Below, piece by piece: positions 47,891 to 58,400 of a stretch of DNA of 61,500 nt. The DNA is from an uncultured Melioribacter sp. (GTDB taxonomy: Bacteria > Bacteroidota > Ignavibacteria > Kapaibacteriales > Kapaibacteriaceae). The position numbers were made by a program, and so were the translations under genes. The notes under the pieces are model-generated. The model was not told the DNA's origin. It saw nothing but the letters and a program-made list of their open reading frames with translations, and ran no database searches. The stretch lies in assembly GCA_964484755.1 (NCBI GenBank), contig CAZAGH010000001.1, positions 48,867 to 110,366 on the forward strand, written 5' to 3'. Positions within the stretch are counted from its first letter, which is position 1; each line of letters starts with the position of its first letter.

Positions 47891-48616
47891 ATGGATCATC
47901 GAAAACACTTTTACGATCGTTACACGCAAGCGCAATCACGCTTTTCATCGATCGAACAAGCTCGCTCAAGGGTGCAGGCTGAACATCAGATGCTGCGTCC
48001 GCTTATTGGTACATACCTACCAAGCGACAGGAACGCACGGATTCTTGATCTTGGTTGCGGATATGGTGCATTTCTGCTCATGCTTCGCGAGGAGGGATAT
48101 ACAAACCTCCGTGGGGTTGACCTAAGTCCGGAGCAGGTTCAGTTGGCCAACGAACTTGGCGCTTCGATGGTGGAGCTTGGCACACTTGAGTCTGCACTGG
48201 TCGAAGAGCGCGGTTTAGCGCTCGTGACGATGTTCGATGTCATTGAACATTTAACCCGAAGTGAGGCCATTACGGCTCTGCAATCCATTCACTCAGCGCT
48301 ATACGATGGCGGAACGCTCGTCATGCGCACCCCGAACATCGATGCAAAACTTGGTTCTGTGCTATCGTTTGGGGACTTGACACATGAGATGCACTTGAAT
48401 AAATACTCAGCCCTCGAGCTGTTTGCCTCTTTGCAGTTTCGTAGCGTCGAGATCCTAGAGGTGCCCCCCGTAGGCGGAAGCCTGAGTGCTCGGATGGCAA
48501 GGGCTGTTATCAGCCCATTTCAGCGAATCTCTTCCGCGCTCTTGCACGTTTCTCAAGGAATCAGCCGCTCAGCGACGATTTCGACCCCAAATATGCTCAT
48601 CGTGGCACGTCGGTAA
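47891..48616 (+). CDS. class I SAM-dependent methyltransferase (241 aa)
   Basis: The start is trimmed to ATG 47891, because the upstream part of the ORF lies antisense to the GT4 gene. SAM motif I is ILDLGCGYGAFLLML and the post-I acidic residue is in GVDLS. Confidence 0.8.
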   Translation: MDHRKHFYDRYTQAQSRFSSIEQARSRVQAEHQMLRPLIGTYLPSDRNARILDLGCGYGAFLLMLREEGYTNLRGVDLSPEQVQLANELGASMVELGTLESALVEERGLALVTMFDVIEHLTRSEAITALQSIHSALYDGGTLVMRTPNIDAKLGSVLSFGDLTHEMHLNKYSALELFASLQFRSVEILEVPPVGGSLSARMARAVISPFQRISSALLHVSQGISRSATISTPNMLIVARR

Positions 48617-48630
48617 GCCCGAAATACGCG

Positions 48631-48638
48631 TAATTTTG
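48631..48638 (+). promoter_or_regulatory. candidate -7 box TAATTTTG (TAnnTTTG) for the wzz-like/wzy-like/mrdA genes
   Basis: The octamer, followed by CAG as at queA, lies 27 nt upstream of ATG 48666. Confidence 0.4.
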
Positions 48639-48665
48639 CAGCATTCGCTATTCTGAGAAGGAATC

Positions 48666-49799
48666 ATGACGGATCAATTCCCAACCGCTGACATCGTCCG
48701 ATATCTCCTGCGATTCAAATGGATCGTGATCGGTCTTTGTGCGGTAACGACCATTGGCGTCTACCTGTATGCTCTGACCTTACCTCAGTACTTCAAGTCA
48801 ACGATCAACTGCGTGCCGCCTGCTAGCGACGAAGCTGGATTCGGCGGCGCTCTTGCGGGCATTTCCTCCACGCTCAAGGACATCGGTCTTTCGAAACTTG
48901 GCGGGAAATCTGGTGAAAACTATGAGTTCATCACCTTGTTATTCTCAAGAACCATTCGTGACTCGATGATTCGGCGCTTCGATCTCATACAAGAGTATGA
49001 CATGAAGGACGAGATCATGGACGATGTTCGGTCGGAGTTCGATGATAATCTCGAGGTTAACTTTCATGCCGAGGGTAACTACGAGATTTCGATCTGGAGT
49101 CAGAATCCACAGAAGTCCGTTGAGATGTGCAATGCGTTTGTCGGCTATGCCAACGATATTGCCAACAGGATCCAACGCATGGAAGCTGAAAAATCGGTAC
49201 GCTACATGGAGCGCCGATTAAACATGATGGATTCCATTCTGTCATCAATCACAGACTCACTCGATTACTTCTCCCGTACCTATCGCTTGTTCTCTCCTCT
49301 TGATCAAGCTAAGGCATCTGCCGACGCCCTTGCGGATGTAAAGTCTGAATTGCTGAAACAGGAGATGGTTCTCGGTCTGTTAAAGGAAAACTACGGTCCA
49401 AACGATCCACAGGTCCGTACTGCTCAAGGGCTCGTAAACGAGCTGAAGAATCAGTACGAAAAGGCGCAAACACAACCTGGATTTGCCGGGAATTTTGCTT
49501 TGACAGACGCCGCGGGCGTTGGTGCAACGTATATGCGATTGTTCACGGAGTATGAGGCCTATTCGAAATTGAAGGCTTTTTTGCTCCCTTCTCTTGAACA
49601 AGCGCGCCTCGACATGAACAAGACCTCGCCTGCACTGCTTGTTGTTGACACACCTATAGCAGCGGAAAAGCGCGACAGACCAAAACGGATGCTTCTTGCG
49701 GCCGGTAGCGGATTTGGTATTGGTGTGCTGAGCATTCTCGTGCTGCTCGTGCTTCGAGGTTGGAGTTCTATGATGGGTCGCACCTCTTCCGAGCAGTGA
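48666..49799 (+). CDS. Wzz/GumC-like polysaccharide chain-length determinant (PCP without a kinase domain), 377 aa
   Basis: It has an N-terminal TM, a long coiled-coil periplasmic region and a C-terminal TM (LLAAGSGFGIGVLSILVLLVL). The neighbouring genes are polysaccharide genes. Confidence 0.6.
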   Translation: MTDQFPTADIVRYLLRFKWIVIGLCAVTTIGVYLYALTLPQYFKSTINCVPPASDEAGFGGALAGISSTLKDIGLSKLGGKSGENYEFITLLFSRTIRDSMIRRFDLIQEYDMKDEIMDDVRSEFDDNLEVNFHAEGNYEISIWSQNPQKSVEMCNAFVGYANDIANRIQRMEAEKSVRYMERRLNMMDSILSSITDSLDYFSRTYRLFSPLDQAKASADALADVKSELLKQEMVLGLLKENYGPNDPQVRTAQGLVNELKNQYEKAQTQPGFAGNFALTDAAGVGATYMRLFTEYEAYSKLKAFLLPSLEQARLDMNKTSPALLVVDTPIAAEKRDRPKRMLLAAGSGFGIGVLSILVLLVLRGWSSMMGRTSSEQ

Positions 49800-49803
49800 T
49801 TGC

Positions 49804-51147
49804 ATGCACCTTGATTGGTCTTGGCTCATCCCCGCGATCTGCTGCGGACTTGCCTTGTTGGCGCTTATGGTGCGCTACCCAAAGGTCTGGCTCGGCGTTC
49901 TCTTGCTTGGCTTGCCATTATTCCTAACGGATACAGGGAAAGACATCTCTGTCACCGAGACGATTTCTGGTGGCATTTACACGCTCTCTCTCTTCTTGTG
50001 GCTTGTATGGAGGATTGGCTCATCAAAGCCCCCTCTCATCCGAAGTTGGCCAGACTTCCTTTTGGTCTTGTTTGTTGTTCTGACCATCGGAAATGTTGTC
50101 ATCGCCAAACTGAACGGCACCCAGTTGTTAGGATGGGGTGTGGATTGGTCCTATTTCCTACTGATGCTATACTACTTCCCGCTTCGAGAAGAGTTTGGGA
50201 AAGACGAACGATCATTCTCACAGTTTATATGGTTGTGCGGTTTGTCGGCCGTTTTGATGTCTGCCTATAGTGCCTACAATTTCAAAAACCGTATGGCAGA
50301 AAACATGGTATACGCCTACCAGATCACGGCATCACGTTCGGCACTCCTTGGGCCCGTATTCCTTCTGGCCATCTGCATCGGTATCGCAATTGTGTTTCAT
50401 ACCAACATCAAAGGCAAGATTCTAACCTTTAGTTTTTTACTGATCAATCTTGCGGCCTTGGTGTTAACATTTACCCGAACATTGTGGGTGTTTGTGTTTG
50501 TCTGCACAGGCATCATCATGTTGTTTCTGCGTTTCCGTCAGAACCTTACCCTTGTGGTGTCGTCGGTTACCATTGCCGCTACTGCCGTGGCATTGTTCTA
50601 TTCCTTCAACCCAAAACTTGCCGACATCGCCGTGCGCCTTGTGCAAAAGCGATTTGCCTCTTCAACTCAGCTGTCAGGGGGCGATCATTCGTTTGAAACA
50701 CGACTTATTGAGGTCAGCAACGCTTGGAAGAAGGTAGAGCAGTATCCTCTTGGCGGGAGTGGCCTACGGGCAAAGTTTGTCACATGGCAACCTATCGAGG
50801 GTTGGCATAACACCGTTTCGTTTGTGCACATCGGATACGTTGGCTTGATTCACAAAGTTGGCTTTCCACTAGCACTGATTCTGTTCGCTACATTGATCGG
50901 TTTCACGCTGCGTGCCATCAAAAATGCCTTTGACCTGCGCAAGACCTGGAGCTCACCTCTGAAGAGGGCTGTTGCATTCGGAGTTGTCGCATTCTTCCCT
51001 GCTTTGTATGTCAATATCTTCATGGCTGGTATTTTTGATCAGCGCTACGGCAACATCATGATGGCGTTTCTCTTCACTTGTGTAGCGATTTGTTCGCAGC
51101 ACGTCAAAGATCTTCGCAAGGATTCCGTAGGTATCACCACGCTATGA
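49804..51147 (+). CDS. O-antigen ligase/polymerase (Wzy_C) family membrane protein (447 aa)
   Basis: About 11 TMs, with TFTRTLWVF, a periplasmic loop (R..E...W......PLGGSGL) and HNTVSFVHIGYVGL typical of Wzy_C. It lacks the SEDS (RodA/FtsW) pattern. Confidence 0.7.
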   Translation: MHLDWSWLIPAICCGLALLALMVRYPKVWLGVLLLGLPLFLTDTGKDISVTETISGGIYTLSLFLWLVWRIGSSKPPLIRSWPDFLLVLFVVLTIGNVVIAKLNGTQLLGWGVDWSYFLLMLYYFPLREEFGKDERSFSQFIWLCGLSAVLMSAYSAYNFKNRMAENMVYAYQITASRSALLGPVFLLAICIGIAIVFHTNIKGKILTFSFLLINLAALVLTFTRTLWVFVFVCTGIIMLFLRFRQNLTLVVSSVTIAATAVALFYSFNPKLADIAVRLVQKRFASSTQLSGGDHSFETRLIEVSNAWKKVEQYPLGGSGLRAKFVTWQPIEGWHNTVSFVHIGYVGLIHKVGFPLALILFATLIGFTLRAIKNAFDLRKTWSSPLKRAVAFGVVAFFPALYVNIFMAGIFDQRYGNIMMAFLFTCVAICSQHVKDLRKDSVGITTL

Positions 51148-53108
51148 AGTTCAAGAATCAAGATTCTGCATTTGGATCCGTAGAGCGTTTACGCATTCTG
51201 CGTTACGTCATCCTTGCAATCAGCGCGATCTATATCGGCCGTCTCGCCTATTTACAGATCATTCAGGGCAACAGGTATAAGTTGAAAGCTGAGGCACAGG
51301 CTATCAAGCAGATATCGACCGAACCATTTCGTGGTATGATTTTCGATCGTTACGGAAGAGCTATCGTTCAAAATGCACCCGGTTTTTCTGTTACGATAAC
51401 ACCCTACGAATTCAACGAGCTTGCCTGTGAAACGCTCTCGAGGATCATTGGCGTCCCCGATTCGCTCATTTGGCAGGACGTCAGGAAGTCTGCTTCATAC
51501 AACAAGTTCGCTGCAGCCAAGCTATCCTACGGACGCGACATCCCGGTTGAGCTCGTTGCACAGATTGAAGAACAGCGAGATCTGCTTCGCGGCGTTGATA
51601 TCATTATCGATCCAAAGCGGCTTTACGCATTCGACGGCAATGCGGCACACTTACTTGGATACACCCGGGAGGTGGCCGAGTGGCAGTTAAAGAAGCTCGG
51701 CGATGCCTATGCACCAGGAGATATGACGGGTCAGACCGGACTTGAGAAATCTTATGAAGTTGCCATTCGTGGTCAAAAAGGAACACAGTTCATTGCCGTC
51801 AACAAGAACGGTCAAAAGGTAGAGAGCTTTAACGACGGTAAAAGCGACCAATACGGACTGGAAGGCGACGATCTTTTTCTCGGACTTGACACTGACTTAC
51901 AGGAGCTTGCAGAGAAGCTCCTCGGCTCTGCCAAAGGATCAGTCGTAGCACTCGATCCAGCAAACGGAGAAGTTCTCTGCTACGCTAGTAAACCCGATTA
52001 TGATCTTCGTCAATTCGCTGGAAAGACCGCTCGTTCTTACTACAATCAGATTTATCGAGACCCTGGCATTCCATTGTTGAACCGCGCCGCAAACTCCATG
52101 TATCACCCCGGCTCGACATGGAAGCCCCTTATGACGTTAATGGCTCTTCAAGAGGGCATCATTACGCCCAAGACCAAGCTCATGTGTGCAGGGGGCTATC
52201 AATACGGTAATCGCTTCGCAAAGTGTCACGGTGGTGTTCACGGTATGATCGATTGCTCATTTGCAATCGCTGTCTCCTGCAACTCGTTCTTCTATCAGCT
52301 TGGATTGAAGATTGGAGCAGAACGCTTCCACCGCTACGGTACCATGTTTGGCTTTGGTCAGCGTACGATGATGGACATCCCCTCGGGTGAAGATGGCAAA
52401 GGTATTCTTCCGTCGAAGGAATACATGGATCGAAGGATCGGTCCGAAGAACTGGACGCCGTATGCCTTCATGAACTGGGGTATTGGGCAAGGCGAGGTTA
52501 ACGTAACACCTCTTCAGCTGGTGGCCTATACGGCTGCTGTTGCTAATGGCGGAACGTGGCATCAGCCGCATGCGGTGCGCGAGATCTACAGCAAGACACT
52601 GCGGAAGAAGGCAAAGATTGCCTATGAAAGTCGTCCTATACCAATCAACCGAGAGTACTTTGACGTCGTCAAGGTTGCCATGCGAGAGGTTGTACGCAAC
52701 GGTACTGCGCGTGGCGCAGACATACCTGGACTGAACGTGTGTGGCAAGACAGGTACAGCCGAGGCATCGGGCGGCAACAAGGACCAATCGTGGTTTATCT
52801 GTTTTGCACCATTAGAAAATCCGAAGATCGCAATGGTCGTAACTGGCGAAGGTCAGGGATTTGGAGCAGCGTTTGCTGTTCCTATTGCGCGCAAACTGCT
52901 TGAGCTATACTTCAATCGCACATGGCCGGCTGACATTGCTCGTGACAGTGTCTGGAAGCGAAAACCAGGCACTACGCCACAGCAGCCTGCAACTAACGAT
53001 CAGGATGAGCCGATTCAAGGACCATTTGCTTCAAACAATAAGCCCAAACCGGCTGCAACATTGCCTACCGCACCGACAGTGGTCACGGCCTCAACTGCTC
53101 GACGTTAG
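51144..53108 (+). CDS. mrdA: penicillin-binding protein 2 (peptidoglycan D,D-transpeptidase), 654 aa
   Basis: ATG 51144 overlaps the upstream stop (ATGA). The N-terminus is PBP2-like (LQIIQGNRYK...FRGMIFDRYGRAIVQN). The transpeptidase motifs are STWK, SCN and KTGTAE. The C-terminal tail is Pro/Thr-rich. Confidence 0.88.
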   Translation: MKFKNQDSAFGSVERLRILRYVILAISAIYIGRLAYLQIIQGNRYKLKAEAQAIKQISTEPFRGMIFDRYGRAIVQNAPGFSVTITPYEFNELACETLSRIIGVPDSLIWQDVRKSASYNKFAAAKLSYGRDIPVELVAQIEEQRDLLRGVDIIIDPKRLYAFDGNAAHLLGYTREVAEWQLKKLGDAYAPGDMTGQTGLEKSYEVAIRGQKGTQFIAVNKNGQKVESFNDGKSDQYGLEGDDLFLGLDTDLQELAEKLLGSAKGSVVALDPANGEVLCYASKPDYDLRQFAGKTARSYYNQIYRDPGIPLLNRAANSMYHPGSTWKPLMTLMALQEGIITPKTKLMCAGGYQYGNRFAKCHGGVHGMIDCSFAIAVSCNSFFYQLGLKIGAERFHRYGTMFGFGQRTMMDIPSGEDGKGILPSKEYMDRRIGPKNWTPYAFMNWGIGQGEVNVTPLQLVAYTAAVANGGTWHQPHAVREIYSKTLRKKAKIAYESRPIPINREYFDVVKVAMREVVRNGTARGADIPGLNVCGKTGTAEASGGNKDQSWFICFAPLENPKIAMVVTGEGQGFGAAFAVPIARKLLELYFNRTWPADIARDSVWKRKPGTTPQQPATNDQDEPIQGPFASNNKPKPAATLPTAPTVVTASTARR

Positions 53109-53560
53109 GTCGAAGCGCTTTCGAGCAGCTCCTTTGTGCGACGCTGACGATACCTGAACATGCCGACGATCTGTTTACGGACGGCGATGGCATTAACAAG
53201 ACGTCCAAACCAACCTAATGGTAACTCGTACTCCACAACGTCGGTAAGCTTTGTGCCCTCTGGCAATGCTTCAACGATGCGTATCTGCTTCCAGCTTGCA
53301 AAAGGGCCCTTGATCTGTTCATCAACCATTCTATGCGGTGGTTGGTATTCAGTGATTCGAACATGCCACGTAGTTGGGATGATGCCGAGATGACGCACGG
53401 TAAGATAGATATCCTGCCCTTGCCCCTGCGGGCCTTTTGTCGTAAAGGAAACGGATATATACCTAGGTGTGATCTTGATGAGATTGTTCGTGTCATCATG
53501 AAAATGAAAGACACGTTCTAGGGGTGCGTTGATGATGACCGACGACTGATATCGTTCCAT
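53105..53560 (-). CDS. SRPBCC (cyclase/dehydrase-like) superfamily protein (151 aa)
   Basis: The N-terminus (VIINAPLERVFHFHDD.NNL.KITP) and the size are typical of this family. The start overlaps the Nudix gene end by 43 nt. Confidence 0.7.
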   Translation of the reverse strand: MERYQSSVIINAPLERVFHFHDDTNNLIKITPRYISVSFTTKGPQGQGQDIYLTVRHLGIIPTTWHVRITEYQPPHRMVDEQIKGPFASWKQIRIVEALPEGTKLTDVVEYELPLGWFGRLVNAIAVRKQIVGMFRYRQRRTKELLESAST

Positions 53561-54105
53561 TTGTTTGCCATTCGTAGCATTGATTCTTCAGACGTCAGCG
53601 ACACAATGTCGTTGACGGCAACCCATGCAAGATCATGCGACTCATCGCTAATGATGTACTGGTCTTCCGTTGCCCTCAAGACGAAACGTACGTCGTAATG
53701 CAAATGTTCCGGATCAGATTTGCGGGCCGGAATGACGTGAATGTCCACGTCGAATATAGATGTCTCAATCACCTCAAATTCATGAATCCCCGACTCCTCT
53801 TTAGCTTCCGTTATTGCAACATTCAAGAGATTCTCAACGCCATCAGCATGGCCTCCCAATTGAAGCCACTTGTTCAGTTTGCGGTGATGCGTTAGCAGTA
53901 CTTTGTCGCCTGTTGGGTGCACGATCCACGCCGAACCAGTGAAATGTCCCTCCAATGTGGTACGCTCAAAGCAACCTGGCTCCCGTATGAGAAAATCCAT
54001 CATGCGTTCTACGACTGCACGCTCAGGGGGAAAACGAAGGAGGTAGTCCTGCAAAGCTTCAAGCAGTTCTGCCCTACCCCGTGTGATGTCCGTATCTTGC
54101 TTCAT
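53518..54105 (-). CDS. NUDIX hydrolase (195 aa)
   Basis: Contains the Nudix box GGHADGVENLLNVAITEAKEESGI. Confidence 0.8.
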   Translation of the reverse strand: MKQDTDITRGRAELLEALQDYLLRFPPERAVVERMMDFLIREPGCFERTTLEGHFTGSAWIVHPTGDKVLLTHHRKLNKWLQLGGHADGVENLLNVAITEAKEESGIHEFEVIETSIFDVDIHVIPARKSDPEHLHYDVRFVLRATEDQYIISDESHDLAWVAVNDIVSLTSEESMLRMANKWNDISRRSSSTHP

Positions 54106-54877
54106 GGCACGTTACAAATTCTTGATCGAATACGAAGGTACAAGGTATTCCGGCTGGCAGGCACAGAAAAATGCGCGTACAGTACAAGGTGAGCTCATTG
54201 GAGCTCTTGAGGGGGCTCTAAAGACCCGCTCGTTTGAGTTTGTAGGCTCTGGAAGGACTGATGCTGGTGTTCACGCATTGGCACAAGTGGCGCATTTACA
54301 AGCGGAAACGATGCTGGCACCACATGTTCTGCGTATGAAAGTAAACGATCTTCTGCCAGCTGACATTAATGTCATCCAAGTTGAAAAGGTTCATGAGCGC
54401 TTTCATGCCCGCCACCATGCAACGTCACGATCATACATGTATCAGATTGCGCAACGTAGAACGGCTTTTGGCAAGCGTCATGTCTGGTGGATCAAGGATA
54501 CACTCGATGTCGCAGCAATGCAACAGGCAGCGTTATTGTTCGAAGGCTTTCATGATTTTCGGGCCTTTACCCGCGACGATCCGGATGAAAAATCAACCAA
54601 GGTCGAACTCATACGCTGTCGGGTGATCGACCATCATCCATTGCTCGTTGTTCACGTCGTGGGCAGCCATTTTCTTTGGAATATGGTGCGTCAGATGGTT
54701 GGTGCAATCGTCGAAGTGGGCCGGGGTTCGATGCCGTCAACAAGGATCACGGAACTCCTCTCCGGCGCAAAGAGTTCTTTGCCATGGGAGACGGCTGCCC
54801 CTTCTGGCTTGTTCCTGACAAGTGTACAGTATGACAAGGCTCCGATTCCTGAAATCGTGCCAACAATCCGACTATGA
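54104..54877 (+). CDS. truA: tRNA pseudouridine(38-40) synthase
   Basis: ATG 54104 gives MARYKFLIEYEGTRYSGWQ.Q. The catalytic Asp lies in GSGRTDAGVHA. Confidence 0.9.
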   Translation: MARYKFLIEYEGTRYSGWQAQKNARTVQGELIGALEGALKTRSFEFVGSGRTDAGVHALAQVAHLQAETMLAPHVLRMKVNDLLPADINVIQVEKVHERFHARHHATSRSYMYQIAQRRTAFGKRHVWWIKDTLDVAAMQQAALLFEGFHDFRAFTRDDPDEKSTKVELIRCRVIDHHPLLVVHVVGSHFLWNMVRQMVGAIVEVGRGSMPSTRITELLSGAKSSLPWETAAPSGLFLTSVQYDKAPIPEIVPTIRL

Positions 54878-54878
54878 C

Positions 54879-55397
54879 ATGCGCTACCTGATCGTACTAA
54901 CATTCTGCACTGTGATTGCATGCGGACAGCATGGATCGCAGAAGAATACCTCAGACGTTGTGAAGATTTATAGTTCTTCCACTAAATCTACGACCCCAAT
55001 GAAGCGAATCGAGAAAACAGACGACGAATGGAGGAAACTCCTAACAGAGGACGAGTTTCGCATTACTCGTAAAAAAGGTACCGAGCGTGCCTTCACAGGT
55101 GCGTATTGGAATCACCACGGAACCGGCGTTTACGTTTGTCGTTGCTGCGAAACAGAGTTGTTCCCGAGCACTACGAAATATGACTCAGGCTCTGGATGGC
55201 CGTCGTTCTATGCTCCCGTTGCAAGCACAAACGTTGAGAACCACACTGACAATTCTCTACCATTTGAAACAAGAGTCGAGATTACCTGTGCACGATGTGG
55301 AGCACACCTGGGCCACGTTTTTGAAGATGGACCAAAACCAACAGGGCTCCGCTATTGTGTCAACAGCGCAGCCCTGAAGTTTCAGCCAAAGAAGTAA
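54879..55397 (+). CDS. msrB: peptide-methionine (R)-S-oxide reductase MsrB with a lipoprotein-type signal (172 aa)
   Basis: ATG 54879 gives MRYLIVLTFCTVIAC (lipobox). The zinc CxxC pairs are CRCC and CARC. The catalytic region is GLRYCVNSAAL. Confidence 0.88.
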   Translation: MRYLIVLTFCTVIACGQHGSQKNTSDVVKIYSSSTKSTTPMKRIEKTDDEWRKLLTEDEFRITRKKGTERAFTGAYWNHHGTGVYVCRCCETELFPSTTKYDSGSGWPSFYAPVASTNVENHTDNSLPFETRVEITCARCGAHLGHVFEDGPKPTGLRYCVNSAALKFQPKK

Positions 55398-55407
55398 ACG
55401 CCCCCTA

Positions 55408-58400
55408 CTATCCTTTGACAGCTAGGAGATTCTTGCGTCGACGGCGCAGGATCGAACGGCGGGCCAGTAGATAGTACATACACGGCACGACAACGAGCGT
55501 AAGGAACGTTGAGAAGCCTAGACCGAACACGATCGACCAAGCGAGGGGCCCCCAGAACGCTACACTGTCAGAGCCGATATGGATCTGAGGATTACGAAGG
55601 TTGATAAGCTCCCAGAAGTTGATATTCAGACCAACGGCGAGCGGGATCAATCCAAGAATCGTTGCGCCTGCAGTGAGAATCACTGGATTGAATCGGATTG
55701 CGCCACCTTCAATGATAGCTCTCCGAAGTTTCCAACCCTGCGCCAGCAACACGTCTGTGAAATCAAGCAGCACGATACCGTTACGCACGACAATTCCACC
55801 AAGGGCAACAATACCTACTCCCGTAATCGCAATCGAAAATGTCATCCGGAAGATGATAAATCCGAGGAGTACGCCAATGAGACTGAACAGCACAGTAACC
55901 ATGATGAGAATTGGCTTAGCAACGGAATTGAATTGCGTGACCATGATCATGAAAATGAGCAGTGCCGCTACAAGGAATGCAAATCCTAGGAAATCCGCGC
56001 TTTCTTTTTGTTCCTCTTGTGCACCAGTAAGCTTGACGCTGTAGCCATCAGGGACTGTGAACCCTGCTAAAGCTGCTCGGATGTTGTTATTGACCTTGTT
56101 CTCGTTGTAGCCTTGCAACAGATTCGAACTCAGCGTGACAACACGACGCTGATTCTTTCTGTTGATTCCAGCATAGGTTGATGTGTACTGGAGTGATGCG
56201 ATCGATGCAATTGGTATCTGACGATAACGACCTGTACTCATATCAAAGAAGGAGACAGGTTGGTTCATCAGTGCCTCTGCATTAGAGCGAACCGATTCCA
56301 TGGCGCGAACCTGAACAGGAAACTCCTCTTCGCCAGACCGGAACTTGGTGGCCTCAGCCCCATACATGTTGTTTCGCAATACCATACCAATCTGTGCAGT
56401 TGAAACACCTTCTGCATTGGCTTGCTCTCGATCGATGACGATCGACAGCTCAGGCTTGTTGCGTACGAGATCACTTTTGAGGCGCTCTATACCCTGAATC
56501 TTCGCGGTGTCGGTAATGAAACGTCGAACGCGTTCCGATAGTCCTGTAAGCTCTTCGAAATCATCACCGCTGATCTCAATGTTGACGGGCTTACCGGTAG
56601 GTGGACCGCTGGCCTCCTGATCAACAACGATTTCAGCGCCTGGAATATCAGCTACAGCCTTTCGAAACTCAATCAGGTAGTCGCTTGTACTCTTGCCTCC
56701 ACGCTTGCTGTATTCAACAAACGCCACGGTAACCTTGCCCTTGTGTGGAGTGACGGTTCGATCTGGATTTTGTGGGTCACCAGCACCAATACCCACATTC
56801 GAGATCACGGACTTTACAAGTGGATTGTCTTTACCAATGATTCCGTTGACGCGCTGCTCAACAACCCTGACAACTGAGTCAGTTTCCTTTGCATCCGTGC
56901 CTACCGGCATTTGAACATAGAGGTAGGCATAGTTTGGATCAGCGCTTGGGAAAAACGTGGTTTCCGGACCAGCAACGACCATCAGGGCTATAGTCCCAAT
57001 AAGTAACGCTACCATTGACCCAATAACCTGCCACGGACGGCTCCCGGAGAGAGCCCAGCGAAGAACACTACGATAAGCATCCATGATGCCGGGCAGTGTT
57101 CTATCTTGGAATGGACGAATAAGTCGTGGGGTCAGATATGCACGATTAATGTACCAGAACGTGATACCAAAGAGAATCATCGTCGTTATCCAATACTGAC
57201 CTGTAACAAGACCGATGACACAGAAGAGACCTAGGACAACACCGTACATTGTCAAGTTTCGCCTCGTTAGCTGCACGGGCTTGCGGTCCATGAAGTCGAC
57301 AGCAAAGACTGGATTCATGATGTAGGCAACGATGAGCGACGCAGTAAGCGTGATGATGAGAATCGATGGCAGATAGACCATAAACTCCCCTACGAGTCCC
57401 GGCCAGAACAGCAAAGGCACGAACGGGGCAAGTGTTGTTAATGTGCCCGCGACAACAGGAGCAAAGACCTCTGCGGCGGCATACTTCGTGGCAGTTTTAA
57501 CGTCAACATGGTGTTTGGTGTGAAGTCTGTGAGTATTCTCAATCACAACGATTGCATCATCAACAACAATTCCAAGGGCGAGCAAGAAACCAAAAGTCAC
57601 GACGACGTTGAACGTGAAATCAAAACTTGGCATGATTAGGAAGGCCATGAAGGATGACAACGGTGTTGCCAATCCTACGAACAAGGCATTCTGAACGCCC
57701 ATGAAGAACATCAGTACAATCGTTACAAGAATGAAGCCGATGATGATGGTATTGATCAGATCAGCAAGGTTGATCCGCGTAGCAACCGACTGATCGTTCG
57801 TTATCGTAATCGATACACCTTTTGGCAGACGAGTCCGCTCGTACTCTGTGACGATGGCCTGAATCTGATCGGACGCATTGATGAGATTCTCACCTGCTTT
57901 CTTCAGAACTGCAAGCGTGATAACGTCCTTCCCATCAAGACGGGCAAAACTCTGCTGCTCCTTTGTCGTCTCTGTTACAGTTGCAATGTCGCGTATGTAG
58001 GCTGTGGCACCGCGCATACTGCGTACAATGACGTTATTGATTTGTTCGACGGTAGCGAATTCCCCGCTAATCTGAATATTGCGTCGCACGCCATCGTTAA
58101 GGATCTCACCACCTGAGATATTCATGTCCTCGAACTGAATAGCTCGGCTGACGTCGTCGAAAGACATACCCATTGCCTCTAGGCGGTATGGATCGATGTC
58201 AACTCGTACCTCTTTGTCAAGCGCTCCAATGATATCAACTCGACGGATCTCAGGTAGTGATTCGAGCTTGTCCTGCAACTCATCTGCGAACTGCTTTAGT
58301 GAACCCATGCCAACGGAACCAGAGATATTGACATTCATAATCGGGAACTCTGAGAAGTCGATCTCTGCGACCTGCGGTTCCTTTGTGAGCTGATTAGGCA

